A DNA stretch of 64,000 nucleotides from positions 10,620-74,619 of the forward strand of contig CAYQBE010000004.1 of assembly GCA_964415625.1 (NCBI GenBank), written 5' to 3'. Below the pieces are notes generated by a model. The model made no database searches. It saw nothing but the letters and a program-made list of their open reading frames with translations, and was not told the DNA's origin. This stretch comes from an uncultured Clostridium sp. (GTDB lineage Bacteria > Bacillota > Clostridia > Lachnospirales > Lachnospiraceae). Both the position numbers and the translations under genes were made by a program. This document shows positions 30,867-41,491 of this stretch, in pieces (positions within the stretch are counted from its first letter, which is position 1; every line of letters starts with the position of its first letter).

Positions 30867-32249
30867 ATGGAAAGAGAACTATGGAGAGATTGGAATTATT
30901 CTATGAGAAAAGCGGATAAGAAACAGGTCGAGGAGTTTGTACAATTACTAAAGCGTGCACATACGGAGATCAAGAGAATGCTGGAGATAAAAAACCAGGC
31001 AGCGGCATTGGATCTGTTAGAACAGTGTCAGAGTTGTGTGATCCGTCTTGGCGAGATTATTGAGCAGGAGGAAGGGGAAGATTTTGTTACAATTCCTTTG
31101 TTGGAAGAGTACTGCGAGCTTGTCTGGCAGATATATGAAGAGGTCCGGCAGCATCCGCTGATGAATGGGAGTAAGACATATAAACTTCTGGATAAAGTGC
31201 TGATTCAGATTGAAAACAGTATCCGTAATGACATCCATTTACGGACAGAGGCAGTATTTCTTCCGTATAAAGCAGCCATGTGGGATTCACTGGAAAGTGT
31301 CTGGAAAGCCGCTGATGAAGATCCGTACTGCGATGCCTATGTAATTCCGATTCCTTACTATGACCGGAATCCGGACGGAAGTTTTCGGGAAATGCATTAT
31401 GAAGGAGACCAGTATCCGGAAGATGTTCCGATCACAGATTATAACGAATATGATTTCGCAAATCGCCGTCCGGATATGATATTTATACATAATCCTTATG
31501 ACGACTGCAATTACGTCACAAGTGTGCACCCGTTTTTTTATTCAAAGAATCTTAAGCAATTTACAGAAAAATTGGTGTATATACCTTATTTTATATTGGC
31601 TGAAATAGACCCGGAGAATGAGAAGGCGGTGAAAGCAAGGGAACATTATTGTACAGCGCCCGGTGTGATCCATGCGGATCAGGTGGTTGTGCAGTCAGAG
31701 AAAATGCGCCAGGTATACATAAAGGTATTGACCAGATACGCTGGAAAAGAAACGAAAAAATATTGGGAAGATAAGATCCTTGGTTTGGGATCCCCCAAAA
31801 TAGATAAAGTACGCAATACCAAGAAAGAAAACCTGGAGATTCCGGAGGAATGGAAAAAAATACTGAAGAAGCCGGATGGCAGCCGGAAAAAAGTGGTTCT
31901 GTACAATATTACTGTAGGCACTATGCTCTACCAAGACGAGAAAATGCTGGTAAAGATACGGAGTGTGCTGCAGATATTCTATGAAAACAGAGATGAAGTG
32001 GCACTGCTGTGGCGGCCTCATCCACTGATAAAAGCTACGATAAAATCTATGAGGCCACATCTTTGGGCGGATTATAAAGAGATTGTGGAAACATACAGAG
32101 AACAGGGGTGGGGAATCTATGACAACTCAGCAGACCTTGACAGGGCACTGGCAATGAGTGACGCGTATTATGGCGACCACAGTTCGTTGGTGGAGTTGTG
32201 TAAGAGCGTTGAGATGCCGGTGATGATACAGAATGTGGAGATGTTGTAG
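30867..32249 (+). CDS. Conserved glycan-locus protein, distant CDP-glycerol glycerophosphotransferase (GT-B)-like
   Basis: FLPYKAAMWDSLESVW, HNPYD..N, GSPKID, WRPHP, DAYYGD.SSLV. Confidence 0.6.
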   Translation: MERELWRDWNYSMRKADKKQVEEFVQLLKRAHTEIKRMLEIKNQAAALDLLEQCQSCVIRLGEIIEQEEGEDFVTIPLLEEYCELVWQIYEEVRQHPLMNGSKTYKLLDKVLIQIENSIRNDIHLRTEAVFLPYKAAMWDSLESVWKAADEDPYCDAYVIPIPYYDRNPDGSFREMHYEGDQYPEDVPITDYNEYDFANRRPDMIFIHNPYDDCNYVTSVHPFFYSKNLKQFTEKLVYIPYFILAEIDPENEKAVKAREHYCTAPGVIHADQVVVQSEKMRQVYIKVLTRYAGKETKKYWEDKILGLGSPKIDKVRNTKKENLEIPEEWKKILKKPDGSRKKVVLYNITVGTMLYQDEKMLVKIRSVLQIFYENRDEVALLWRPHPLIKATIKSMRPHLWADYKEIVETYREQGWGIYDNSADLDRALAMSDAYYGDHSSLVELCKSVEMPVMIQNVEML

Positions 32250-32330
32250 AAGCATAGATGATTTGGAAAGCATCAGTTTATATAGAGTGAAAGATTTTTC
32301 TATGTGGCAGGACGAAAGGAGGCTGCATTT

Positions 32331-33929
32331 ATGAAAAAGAGGATTGCGGTTCTATTGGCTTTAATTATGGGATTTACATATTGTTCTTCGGGGGCTGTAG
32401 CGATGGCTGCGGGAAACCAGAAAAAAAACGCAGAGGTGGAAGTGAGTAAAGAAAAAGCCGCAGAAGCGGAAGAAGATGCCGAAAAGAAGGAAGACTCGTT
32501 TTTAAAAGGGCTGCTGGGAAACTTTTTCGGCGGGGAAGAAAAAGAAGCTTCGGGCGAGAACAATGATAAATCCCGGAGGGCGGCAGATGAAAAATCGGCG
32601 CCGCAGGAGAGTTCCGGTTTGAAAAATCTACAGATACCGCAAAAGCTGGATGTTGTGATAGACCCGTGGGAAATGGATAAAAAGGGGCAGGTCTATTCGG
32701 AACAGTATACAATAAGCAATACCGGAGATAGGCCGGGAATTTTGACTTTGTCTAATCTCACATGCAGGCCAAGAGAGCAGAGCGGAGTGATTGTCAGGAC
32801 AGATAAAGAGGGGTTGCATGACAGCGGAGATAAAGCTATCTACATGGAAATGCTGTTTGGAAACGGAGAGCAGATTATTTTTTCACAGGAAAGTTCCCAA
32901 TATCAGAAGGAACTGAAACCTGGAGAGGAACTGTCAATCCGTTTTGCAGGAGAGGTCAATGAAAATGCTTTTGGAAAATGGGAAAACAATGACGTTGCAG
33001 TATCGGTAGTTTATTCCTGGGAAATGGAAGAAGCGGCAGATATAGGCGCAGAAAATCGGGAAGAAGAGATTTCTAACGATGCAGAAAAAATAGAGGAAAA
33101 GATTCAGAAAGATTTGGAAGGTGAAGGACTGGAAGAAGAGAAGCAGGACGATGGAAATTCAGAAGAACCAGGAAAAGCGGACCTGAATCCGGAAGTGCCA
33201 GGGGCTGATGCGGAGGCAGGGGAATCAGAAGCACCGCAGCCAGGCGCAGGCGAAGAGAATGAAAAGCAGCCAATTGACGAAAATGAGACACAAGAACCGC
33301 CATTAGATGCGAATGAGGTACAAGAGTCACCGTCAGACATAAGTGAGGCGCAAGGGGGTTCTTCAAATGTAAATAAAGGTGTGGGTACAGAACAGGCGGG
33401 AATACCCAATAATGTGGAAAATGGTCTGCCGACAGACAATTCGGCAGCAGGCATGCAGGAATCACAAACCAGTGAAAATAATCCAACTCTCTCCGAGCAG
33501 AAAAAGCATGAGATTAAGAACATTAATTTACTATCGCAGCAAGTGGATGTGTCGATAGATTCCTGGAAAACAGATGAAAAAGGACAGATCGTTTCCCCAG
33601 AGTATCTTTTGCATAACACTGGAAATACTGCCGGAATATGGACATTATCAGAGATTGTCTGCGAACCGCTGGAACAGAGTGAAGTGGTAATTCAGAAAAA
33701 TAAAAATGACCTTCACAATGGGGAAGGAAAAGCGGTTTATATGGAGCTGGTACTTGGAAATGGAGAAAAAATAATCCTGTCCCAGGAAAAGTCCCAGTAT
33801 AAGGTGGAGTTGAAGCCAGGAGAGGAGCTGTCCGTCCGCTTTGTGGGGGAAATGAATGGAGATCTCTTCGAAACCCGGGAAAATGGTGAGATTGCTGTGA
33901 AAGCAGTATGTACTTGGGAGCTGAAATAG
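32331..33929 (+). CDS. Secreted protein with two copies of an unnamed ~130-aa domain separated by an acidic linker
   Basis: Signal peptide after AAGGAGG RBS; internal duplication (ELKPGEELS.RF.GE.N, YME...GNGE.II.SQE twice). Confidence 0.8.
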   Translation: MKKRIAVLLALIMGFTYCSSGAVAMAAGNQKKNAEVEVSKEKAAEAEEDAEKKEDSFLKGLLGNFFGGEEKEASGENNDKSRRAADEKSAPQESSGLKNLQIPQKLDVVIDPWEMDKKGQVYSEQYTISNTGDRPGILTLSNLTCRPREQSGVIVRTDKEGLHDSGDKAIYMEMLFGNGEQIIFSQESSQYQKELKPGEELSIRFAGEVNENAFGKWENNDVAVSVVYSWEMEEAADIGAENREEEISNDAEKIEEKIQKDLEGEGLEEEKQDDGNSEEPGKADLNPEVPGADAEAGESEAPQPGAGEENEKQPIDENETQEPPLDANEVQESPSDISEAQGGSSNVNKGVGTEQAGIPNNVENGLPTDNSAAGMQESQTSENNPTLSEQKKHEIKNINLLSQQVDVSIDSWKTDEKGQIVSPEYLLHNTGNTAGIWTLSEIVCEPLEQSEVVIQKNKNDLHNGEGKAVYMELVLGNGEKIILSQEKSQYKVELKPGEELSVRFVGEMNGDLFETRENGEIAVKAVCTWELK

Positions 33930-33987
33930 AAAGACTGATTTCAAATTACTGCCGTAAGGGAATAAATTTAGAAGGAGTTTATGAAAA

Positions 33988-34527
33988 ATGTCAGAAACTG
34001 TAAAGAAACGTAAGAAAAGTACAAGAAAAAAAGGAGGGGAGCAGAAGAAAAATAATAAGAAAAAAATAATTATCATTATCTGTATTTTACTTATTATTAT
34101 TGTTGCAGTGGCTGTATTCCTATGGCTGCGGAGGCCGAAAAATGTGCTTACTGAGGAAAATTATAAGCAGATCATGGAAGATATGGACAATCAGGTGCAA
34201 GAAGGATATTTTGAAACCTATATGAATACGGATTGGACATTCCCGGATGGAACTTCGGAAACAACAGATGCGATACTGGGGAATTCCCCGAATAATAAAA
34301 AACCGATACGCTGCGAAGTCATGCTGGCTGATACGGAAGAAGTCATCTATTCTACTGGTGTACTTCCGGTCGGAGCGGAGCTCCCGCCATTTAAACTGGA
34401 TGTAGATCTGGATGCGGGTACCTATGACGCTGTGTGTATGGTCTATCTTCTGGACGAAGAGGAAGACGGGAGTTATACGGATTATAGTAATGCGGGATTT
34501 AATGTGACTATAACCGTACAGAATTAA
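33988..34527 (+). CDS. N-terminally membrane-anchored beta-rich exported protein
   Basis: Very basic N-terminus, long Ile/Val TM stretch, IYSTGVLPVG...LDAGTY domain. Confidence 0.8.
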   Translation: MSETVKKRKKSTRKKGGEQKKNNKKKIIIIICILLIIIVAVAVFLWLRRPKNVLTEENYKQIMEDMDNQVQEGYFETYMNTDWTFPDGTSETTDAILGNSPNNKKPIRCEVMLADTEEVIYSTGVLPVGAELPPFKLDVDLDAGTYDAVCMVYLLDEEEDGSYTDYSNAGFNVTITVQN

Positions 34528-34609
34528 TTTTGATAATCAACTGCATTTATAAAATGCAGTGGTTATAAATAACTCAACACATTTTAATAAAAATCAAGGA
34601 GGTAAGTGT

Positions 34610-35968
34610 ATGAGAAACAAGAGATTTTTATCAACAGTTGTAGCAGCGGCCCTCGTTGTGACAACAATGGCAATGCCGGTAATGGCGGCAAACGAACAGT
34701 CTGGATCAGTAGATGTTGACGTTTCAACAAAAACAGGCGTATTAAGGGTGGCTGTTCCGACTCAGATGGCAATGGTGATTGATCAGTTCGAAATTAACCA
34801 GGCAGGCGCTCAGATTGCTTCTGGTGAGTTTGATATGGTGAATCACAGTGAGATGGCTGTAAAAGTAGATATAACATCTACGGCAACGCTGGGTACTGGT
34901 GTAACATTGGTAGCAACAAAAGCGGCGGCAACAGATTCAACGACAGAAGGTGAGGCATGGCTGGCAGTAGCGGCGCAAACGGCTGACGATGTTTATGATG
35001 ACGAGGCAACAGACGCGACAACTGAAAATTATTACGATTTAACAGATGCGAATGCAAATGTAGCGACATTTGACGCAACTAATAAGCAGGCAAAGCAGAC
35101 ATTCTATCTTGAAAAAGCAGCTGCGCAAGATGCCTCTAGTAATCCGGCAAAAGAAGTATACACATATGCCATTGCAGATGCGCAGGGAAAGATTAGTGGG
35201 GCTTATGCACAGTATTATGTATTAACACCAATTACAACAATAACCGATGATACTACATTGCAGACAGCAGTAGATGCAGGTGATGTTTATTTAGTAGTGG
35301 GAGACACGAAGGCTGACGATTCAAGTCATATAGACGCAGTCGATGGAGCAAAAATGACCAAGATTGTGATGGGAACAGATTGTGCTACTGCATCTATTAC
35401 ACATGATGCAAAGAACGAGTATTATACAGCAGCAACAACTACATCAGCACCTGCTCCAAACGGAAAATATATGTATATTGAAATGAGTACAGACGGTGGG
35501 AAAGCTGGATTCCAGTATGTTGGTAAACTGTCAAATGCAAATGAGAAGACATGGACAGAAAGTGACATTAGTAAAATCTCAATCGGATACAATATTAAAG
35601 GCGTGACATCAAGTAGTTATGATGCGGTAAGGGATGATTGTACATATGGATTGTATAAAGAACCGGTTGTTCCGCAGGGGCCGCAGCTTACTGTTAGTAA
35701 AGACGGTTTGATCACTGCTTCAGGGTTAACTAGCGAGCGGAATTGGTCCAAACTGGAGATTACTCTTCCAGATAACAGAACTTTCGATATAAATGCTAAT
35801 GAAGTTACTTGGGATGATAGCCAATGGACGAGCGAAAATGGCGGTGTGCTGAGCGGACAGATGGGAAGCGATTGGATGGACTATTTAACAACTTTGGATG
35901 GAGATTCAACATTTACACTCACGCTGTCGAGCGGAGATCCTATTACTACATCAGTAAGTTTTAAATAA
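34610..35968 (+). CDS. Secreted Thr/Ala/Asp-rich surface protein (candidate structural subunit)
   Basis: AAGGAGG RBS, signal peptide MRNKRFL...VMA, domain motifs shared with 844 and 32331, hairpin downstream. Confidence 0.8.
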   Translation: MRNKRFLSTVVAAALVVTTMAMPVMAANEQSGSVDVDVSTKTGVLRVAVPTQMAMVIDQFEINQAGAQIASGEFDMVNHSEMAVKVDITSTATLGTGVTLVATKAAATDSTTEGEAWLAVAAQTADDVYDDEATDATTENYYDLTDANANVATFDATNKQAKQTFYLEKAAAQDASSNPAKEVYTYAIADAQGKISGAYAQYYVLTPITTITDDTTLQTAVDAGDVYLVVGDTKADDSSHIDAVDGAKMTKIVMGTDCATASITHDAKNEYYTAATTTSAPAPNGKYMYIEMSTDGGKAGFQYVGKLSNANEKTWTESDISKISIGYNIKGVTSSSYDAVRDDCTYGLYKEPVVPQGPQLTVSKDGLITASGLTSERNWSKLEITLPDNRTFDINANEVTWDDSQWTSENGGVLSGQMGSDWMDYLTTLDGDSTFTLTLSSGDPITTSVSFK

Positions 35969-36008
35969 TCATAGAAGGAATATGAGTTGTAATGCAATAT
36001 TTTGACTT

Positions 36009-36032
36009 GTTGCCGTCAGTAATGGCGGCAAC
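36009..36032. terminator. Hairpin / probable terminator after the 34610 gene
   Basis: GTTGCCGTCA-GTAA-TGGCGGCAAC. Confidence 0.55.
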
Positions 36033-36137
36033 ACTGATGTCAGATTCAATTGGATATCCCGGCACTGCCTATAACAGTATATGGACATAAGACTTCAGAA
36101 TCGGAGATTCAGATGTTGGATTTCAATAAAGAGGGAT

Positions 36138-36875
36138 ATGAAAATGGAAGAGCGATTTATAAAGCAAGATATAGAGGTATATGATAAAAATAATATTTAT
36201 GCCTTTGATATCAAGTATATGTTACATTACTATTCTCACAGAGTAATGAAATTAACAAACAAAGCCAGTAGCTGTTTGGAATTAGGAATAGGGGATGGAT
36301 ATACTACAGAACTGCTTTCGTTTTTTTTTGATAAATATCTCGTTTTAGAAGGGGATAAAAAGATAATAGAACGTTTCAAGCATGAATTTCCAAGAGTGAA
36401 TACAAGGATAGTCGAAACCTATTTTGAAGAATGGACTACAGAGGAGAAGTTTGATGCTATTATAATTGGATTTGTCTTGGAACATGTTGATGATCCTATA
36501 TTTATATTAAATAAATATAAAAAAATGTTAAAACCAGAGGGAAAACTTTTTATAGCGGTTCCTAATGCCGAGTCTTTAAATAGAAGAGTAGGTGTATATG
36601 CGGGGTTACTGAAAGATATAAAACAATTATCCGAAAACGATATCAAGGCAGGTCATAAAAGATATTATACATTATCCAGTTTAAGAGAGGAAGTTCTTAA
36701 AGCTGGATTAGTGATAACCAGAGAAGAAGGCCTTTTTTTAAAACCTATAACAACGGCGCAAATGTCGAAACTAAATTTTACAAAGGAAATAGTGGAAGGC
36801 TATTTAAACGTTGGCAAACAATATCCAGAGTTGTGCTTAGGGATTATGATGGAAACAGTAATTGATAAAAAATAA
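36138..36875 (+). CDS. Class I SAM-dependent methyltransferase
   Basis: LELGIGDG, FDAI, VLEHVDDP, LKPEG...AVPN. Confidence 0.85.
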   Translation: MKMEERFIKQDIEVYDKNNIYAFDIKYMLHYYSHRVMKLTNKASSCLELGIGDGYTTELLSFFFDKYLVLEGDKKIIERFKHEFPRVNTRIVETYFEEWTTEEKFDAIIIGFVLEHVDDPIFILNKYKKMLKPEGKLFIAVPNAESLNRRVGVYAGLLKDIKQLSENDIKAGHKRYYTLSSLREEVLKAGLVITREEGLFLKPITTAQMSKLNFTKEIVEGYLNVGKQYPELCLGIMMETVIDKK

Positions 36876-36914
36876 AAAAATTCGTAAACATCTTTTTAGA
36901 AGGAATAAACAATT

Positions 36915-37469
36915 ATGTATATTAGGGGACGAATAGTTACGGTCAGAGCAATTGAAAAGGAAGATTTATCGTTTTTAAAGGATATGATGAACGATGAGAC
37001 AATTGAGCAAACTACAGTAGACGATCATTTGCCTATTTCTTATTTTCAGGAAGAACAATGGTATGTCAATAATATATGCAGACCGGAATTTCGAAAATAT
37101 ATTATCGAAACACCCAAAGATGGCGCAGTCGGGCTTATCAGTTTGGAAGACATTAATTGGAGACACAGGAGTTTTCAGGTGCCTGTAAAACTAATGAAAG
37201 AAAGAATCAGTATGGTAGGAATTGGAATTGATGCTCATATGGCAATGTTACGCTATGCTTTTGATGAATTGCAGATGCATCGTGCGTGGGGGATTACTTT
37301 AGAATATAATCAGGCCTCATTGAATATGCTAAAGCGTTGTGGTTATACGGTTGAAGGACGGAATAGAAGCGCAATTTACAAAAATGGAAAATACCATGAT
37401 TTGATTTTAACAAGCTTATTAAGGAATGAATATTACGAATTTGTTCAAAAGGAAAACTATTGGGATTAA
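36915..37469 (+). CDS. GNAT acyltransferase (RimJ/PseH-like)
   Basis: VRAIE.EDL, YAFDEL..HR, N.ASL....CGY..EG. Confidence 0.85.
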   Translation: MYIRGRIVTVRAIEKEDLSFLKDMMNDETIEQTTVDDHLPISYFQEEQWYVNNICRPEFRKYIIETPKDGAVGLISLEDINWRHRSFQVPVKLMKERISMVGIGIDAHMAMLRYAFDELQMHRAWGITLEYNQASLNMLKRCGYTVEGRNRSAIYKNGKYHDLILTSLLRNEYYEFVQKENYWD

Positions 37470-37485
37470 AAGTGAGGAATAAAGA

Positions 37486-39261
37486 GTGAGAGAATTAGAA
37501 TATCCATTAGATTCATCATATATTCTTAGAAACAGACTTTATTTAAAACGGCAATTACAAAAAGATGGAAATGCCCGAATCCCTACAAAAATTGCAGTTT
37601 TAGGTGGGTCGACAACTCATGATATTTGTGAATGTCTACAGCTTTTTTTACTCAATCAGGGAATAGATCCAGTGTTTTATGAATCAGAGTACAATAAATT
37701 CTGGGAAGACGCAATGTTCCCGAATAAGAAGTTAGATGATTTCAAACCCGATATTATTTATATTCATACTTCAACCCGAAATATCACTGTAGAAATAGAC
37801 AGCTCAGATTCTACAGAGGATATTAAAAGAAAATTAGATGAACAGTATTTTTATTTTGAAAAAATGTGGAAACAGTTAAGGCAACGTTTTCAGTGTACAA
37901 TCATTCAAAACAATTTTGAACGTCCTATCATCAGATTGTATGGAAATAAGGATATCAGCGATGAACATGGATTTTCAAATTTTATATACAGATTAAATGG
38001 AAGATTTTATAAGTACGCTCAGTATGTACCATGGTTGTATATTAATGATATTGATTATATCTCTTCTTCATATGGATTGAATGATTGGTACGATCCTGTA
38101 GCATGGCACATGTATAAATATGTTATGGCAATAGAGGCAATACCGGATTTCTGTTATAACTTGTCTAATATCATTAAGTCATTATATGGAAAGAACAAGA
38201 AGGTGCTTTCTGTAGATTTAGATAACACATTATGGGGCGGCATTATTAGCGAAGAGGGGATAGCAGGAATTGAACTGGGCGAGGAATCTGCCGTCGGAGA
38301 GGTATATGGAGAAATTCAGAGATATATTAAAAGGCAAAAGGAAATAGGTGTTATTCTGGCAGTGAATTCTAAAAATGAAATATCGGATGTTGAACTTGCT
38401 TTTTCACATCCGGACATGCAACTGAAAAAAGAGGATTTCGCAATTATTAATGCAAACTGGAATGATAAGGATAAAAACATGATAGACATTGCTCATTCAT
38501 TGGGTATCGGCGTTGATAGTATGGTGTTTATGGATGATAATCCTGTAGAAAGAGCGATCGTGAGAGCACAGATACCACAAGTAGCGGTTCCGGAATTAGA
38601 TGTGCCAGAAAAATTTATAAAAATATTGGATAGAGCAGGATATTTTGAAGTGACTAGCCTGACAGATGAAGATAAAAAACGTACAAAATTATATCAGGAA
38701 ATCAGGGAACGAAATTTAGAAGAAAAGAGATTTATAGATTATAACGAATTTTTAGTGAGCCTGGATATGGAGGCGTACATTCAGAAAATAGATAAAGAGG
38801 GAATAAAAAGAATAGCGCAATTAATAAATAAAAGCAATCAATTCAATTTGACAGCAAAAAGATTTACAGAAAATGACCTTGAAAGGATTATAGGAGACGA
38901 AAATTACATAGGCCTATATGGAAGGCTAAAAGACAGGTTTGGCGACAATGGAATCGTAAGCGTAGTGATAGCCAGAAAAGAACAGAAAGACATCCATATA
39001 GAATTATTTCTTATGAGTTGCAGAGTATTGAAAAGAGGGATGGAAGACGCAATGATGGATGAACTTATCCGCTTGATCCGATTGGGAAAAGGTGAAAGAG
39101 TAATTGGATACTATTATAAGACAATAAAGAATTCTATGGTTGAAAACTTTTATCCAAGAATGGGATTTGAATTATATAAATATAAAGATGAGAGCAAAGT
39201 ATATAAAATTCACGTGAAAGATTATACACCGAAGAACACGATTATTTCATTGAGAGGTTAA
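37486..39261 (+). CDS. FkbH-like HAD-IIIC glyceryl transferase/phosphatase
   Basis: DLDNTLWGG, SKN, FMDDNPVE, KSNQFNL, DRFGDNG, MSCRVL. Confidence 0.92.
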   Translation: MRELEYPLDSSYILRNRLYLKRQLQKDGNARIPTKIAVLGGSTTHDICECLQLFLLNQGIDPVFYESEYNKFWEDAMFPNKKLDDFKPDIIYIHTSTRNITVEIDSSDSTEDIKRKLDEQYFYFEKMWKQLRQRFQCTIIQNNFERPIIRLYGNKDISDEHGFSNFIYRLNGRFYKYAQYVPWLYINDIDYISSSYGLNDWYDPVAWHMYKYVMAIEAIPDFCYNLSNIIKSLYGKNKKVLSVDLDNTLWGGIISEEGIAGIELGEESAVGEVYGEIQRYIKRQKEIGVILAVNSKNEISDVELAFSHPDMQLKKEDFAIINANWNDKDKNMIDIAHSLGIGVDSMVFMDDNPVERAIVRAQIPQVAVPELDVPEKFIKILDRAGYFEVTSLTDEDKKRTKLYQEIRERNLEEKRFIDYNEFLVSLDMEAYIQKIDKEGIKRIAQLINKSNQFNLTAKRFTENDLERIIGDENYIGLYGRLKDRFGDNGIVSVVIARKEQKDIHIELFLMSCRVLKRGMEDAMMDELIRLIRLGKGERVIGYYYKTIKNSMVENFYPRMGFELYKYKDESKVYKIHVKDYTPKNTIISLRG

Positions 39262-39265
39262 AACG

Positions 39266-39511
39266 ATGACGCGAAAAGAGATTATGGATGATGTAACAGA
39301 GATTTTCAGGCAAGTATTTGATGATAAAGAGCTTGAGTTGACAAACGAAATATCAGCAGAGGATATAGAGGATTGGGATTCTTTAATGCATATTACCTTG
39401 ATCACTGCTTTGGAAACACATTTTAATATCAAATTTAAATTAAAAGAAGTGATGGAATTACAGAATGTTGGTGCTACAGTCGATTTGATTGGGGAAAAAG
39501 TGAATGAATAA
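39266..39511 (+). CDS. Acyl carrier protein
   Basis: WDSL phosphopantetheine motif, 81 aa acidic. Confidence 0.92.
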   Translation: MTRKEIMDDVTEIFRQVFDDKELELTNEISAEDIEDWDSLMHITLITALETHFNIKFKLKEVMELQNVGATVDLIGEKVNE

Positions 39512-39920
39512 GTATTCCTTTGACGAAATTAAGATTGGAATGAAGGAGGAGTTTTCAATAGGGCTTTCAGCAGACAAGATGGAAAGTTTTTGCCAACTAA
39601 CAGGCGATACGAATCCCCTGCATTGTGATAGCGTTTATGCTTCAAATCAAGGGTTTGAAGACTGTGTTGTATATGGCATGTTGACGACCTCATATCTTTC
39701 AACGCTGGTAGGAATATATCTTCCAGGTGAAAAGGGATTAATACAGAATGTAGATATCAATTTTATCAGACCGGTTTATGTGGATGACTTATTAGCAATT
39801 AAGGGCGAAGTAATTGATAAAAATGAACTATTTAAAGTAATAAAAATCAAAGTTTCGATATTTAATTCTAAAGGAGAAAAAGTTGTCCGTGGTAAAATGC
39901 AGGTTGGAGTAATAGATTAA
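39504..39920 (+). CDS. MaoC-family (R)-specific dehydratase
   Basis: GDTNPLH.D, YGML, F..PVYV.D hot-dog motifs. Confidence 0.9.
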   Translation: MNKYSFDEIKIGMKEEFSIGLSADKMESFCQLTGDTNPLHCDSVYASNQGFEDCVVYGMLTTSYLSTLVGIYLPGEKGLIQNVDINFIRPVYVDDLLAIKGEVIDKNELFKVIKIKVSIFNSKGEKVVRGKMQVGVID

Positions 39921-40636
39921 TGGAGAAAGTATTATTAGTTTTGGGAGCGTCATCTGACCTTGGAATTGCGTTTCTTCAGGCAGAAATTGAAAAATATGAG
40001 TATGTGATTGCGCATTATTACCATAACGGAGATGAGCTTTTTCGCTTAAAGAAAAAGTATCCTGAAAAGTTATGTTTAGTGAATGCGGATTTTAACAGTA
40101 TGCAGGAGATATGCAGGTTTTCAAAGGAGATAATCAGTGGAAGGATTCCGAATTATGTTGTTCATTTTCCAGCTATGAAATGTAGATTGAGAAGATTTGA
40201 AAAGATTACCATTGATGATATTGAAGAAAATATGCGAATATCAATGAAATCTATTACTGTAATATTACAGAACCTGTTGCCCTTAATGGCAAAAAAACAT
40301 TATGGAAAAATCGTATTTATTTTATCTGTTCATACGGCAACAGATGGATATAAGTATATTTCAGATTATATGATAGCTAAATATGCGTTATTAGGATTAA
40401 TGAAATCACTATCAATGGAATACAAAGATAAAGGAATCCGAATCAATGGAGTTTCACCAGATACGATAGAAACAAAATTTATTTCTGAGTTACCTGAAAT
40501 TGCTATAGAAAAAAAGAAGAACGAAAACGATTCAAAAAAGTTGTTAACGGTTTCGGATGTTATTCCAACAATTGCCTATTTATTGGATGAAGCGAGTGAC
40601 TGTCTTTTTGGACAAAATATTGTTTTGCTTCGCTAG
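39920..40636 (+). CDS. SDR-family reductase
   Basis: GASSDLG, YMIAK, RINGVSP. Confidence 0.85.
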   Translation: MEKVLLVLGASSDLGIAFLQAEIEKYEYVIAHYYHNGDELFRLKKKYPEKLCLVNADFNSMQEICRFSKEIISGRIPNYVVHFPAMKCRLRRFEKITIDDIEENMRISMKSITVILQNLLPLMAKKHYGKIVFILSVHTATDGYKYISDYMIAKYALLGLMKSLSMEYKDKGIRINGVSPDTIETKFISELPEIAIEKKKNENDSKKLLTVSDVIPTIAYLLDEASDCLFGQNIVLLR

Positions 40637-40648
40637 GGAGAGATATTT

Positions 40649-41491
40649 ATGGAAGAAAAAAAGAAACTTGCTAGGATAAGAAAAGAGATTTTTTTGGCGG
40701 CATATCATGGCAATAGTAGTGCCGTACATTTGGCTTCTTCTTTCTCGGTAGTGGAAATATTATATACATTATATTGTAAAGGGATTATGAAGTATGATGT
40801 GTCTGATTCCCAGTGGAAAGATAGGGACAGACTGATTTTAAGCAAGGGACATGCAGGCCTCGCGCTATATACTATATTGGCGGAGGTTGGTTATTTTGAT
40901 AGAAGTATTTTAAGGACATTCTGTTATCCGGAATCAATTCTTGGGGGAGAACCAAACGGATTGGAGATTCCAGGGGTAGAAGCGACCACCGGGTCACTGG
41001 GACATGGCTTATCTTATGGGGTTGGCATAGCATTGGGGCTAAAAACAAATCATAGTGGGGCACATGTTTATGTAATAGTTGGAGATGGAGAGTGCCAGGA
41101 AGGTTCCATTTGGGAAGGGGTAATGTCTGCATATAGATATGGGCTGGATAATCTGACAGTCATTCTGGATTATAATAAATTACAGAAAATGAATACAGTT
41201 TATAATACTATGCGGATAGCTGAATGGCAGAACAAATGGGAAGCTTTTGGTTGGAAGGTGGATATGGTGGATGGACATGATACTATAGGGTTATATAGTT
41301 GCCTGAAAAAGAAGCCAGAAAAAATCCCCAGAATTATAATAGCAGATACGATAAAAGGCAAAGGCGTGTCTATAATGGAAAATAATATAGAATGGCATTA
41401 CAAGATGCCGAATAAAAAGCAGATAAAAACAGTTATGCAGGAATTGGATATTTCAGCGGAGGAATTACAATCATGCAGAAGGCATATCTAA
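40649..41491 (+). CDS. Transketolase-like, N-terminal subunit
   Basis: SKGH, GSLGHG, GDGECQEG.....N ThDP motif, TIKGKG. Confidence 0.92.
   Translation: MEEKKKLARIRKEIFLAAYHGNSSAVHLASSFSVVEILYTLYCKGIMKYDVSDSQWKDRDRLILSKGHAGLALYTILAEVGYFDRSILRTFCYPESILGGEPNGLEIPGVEATTGSLGHGLSYGVGIALGLKTNHSGAHVYVIVGDGECQEGSIWEGVMSAYRYGLDNLTVILDYNKLQKMNTVYNTMRIAEWQNKWEAFGWKVDMVDGHDTIGLYSCLKKKPEKIPRIIIADTIKGKGVSIMENNIEWHYKMPNKKQIKTVMQELDISAEELQSCRRHI

Noticed and set aside
37486-40636. Polyketide/NRPS cluster
   Set aside because: No ketosynthase, adenylation or condensation domain in the window
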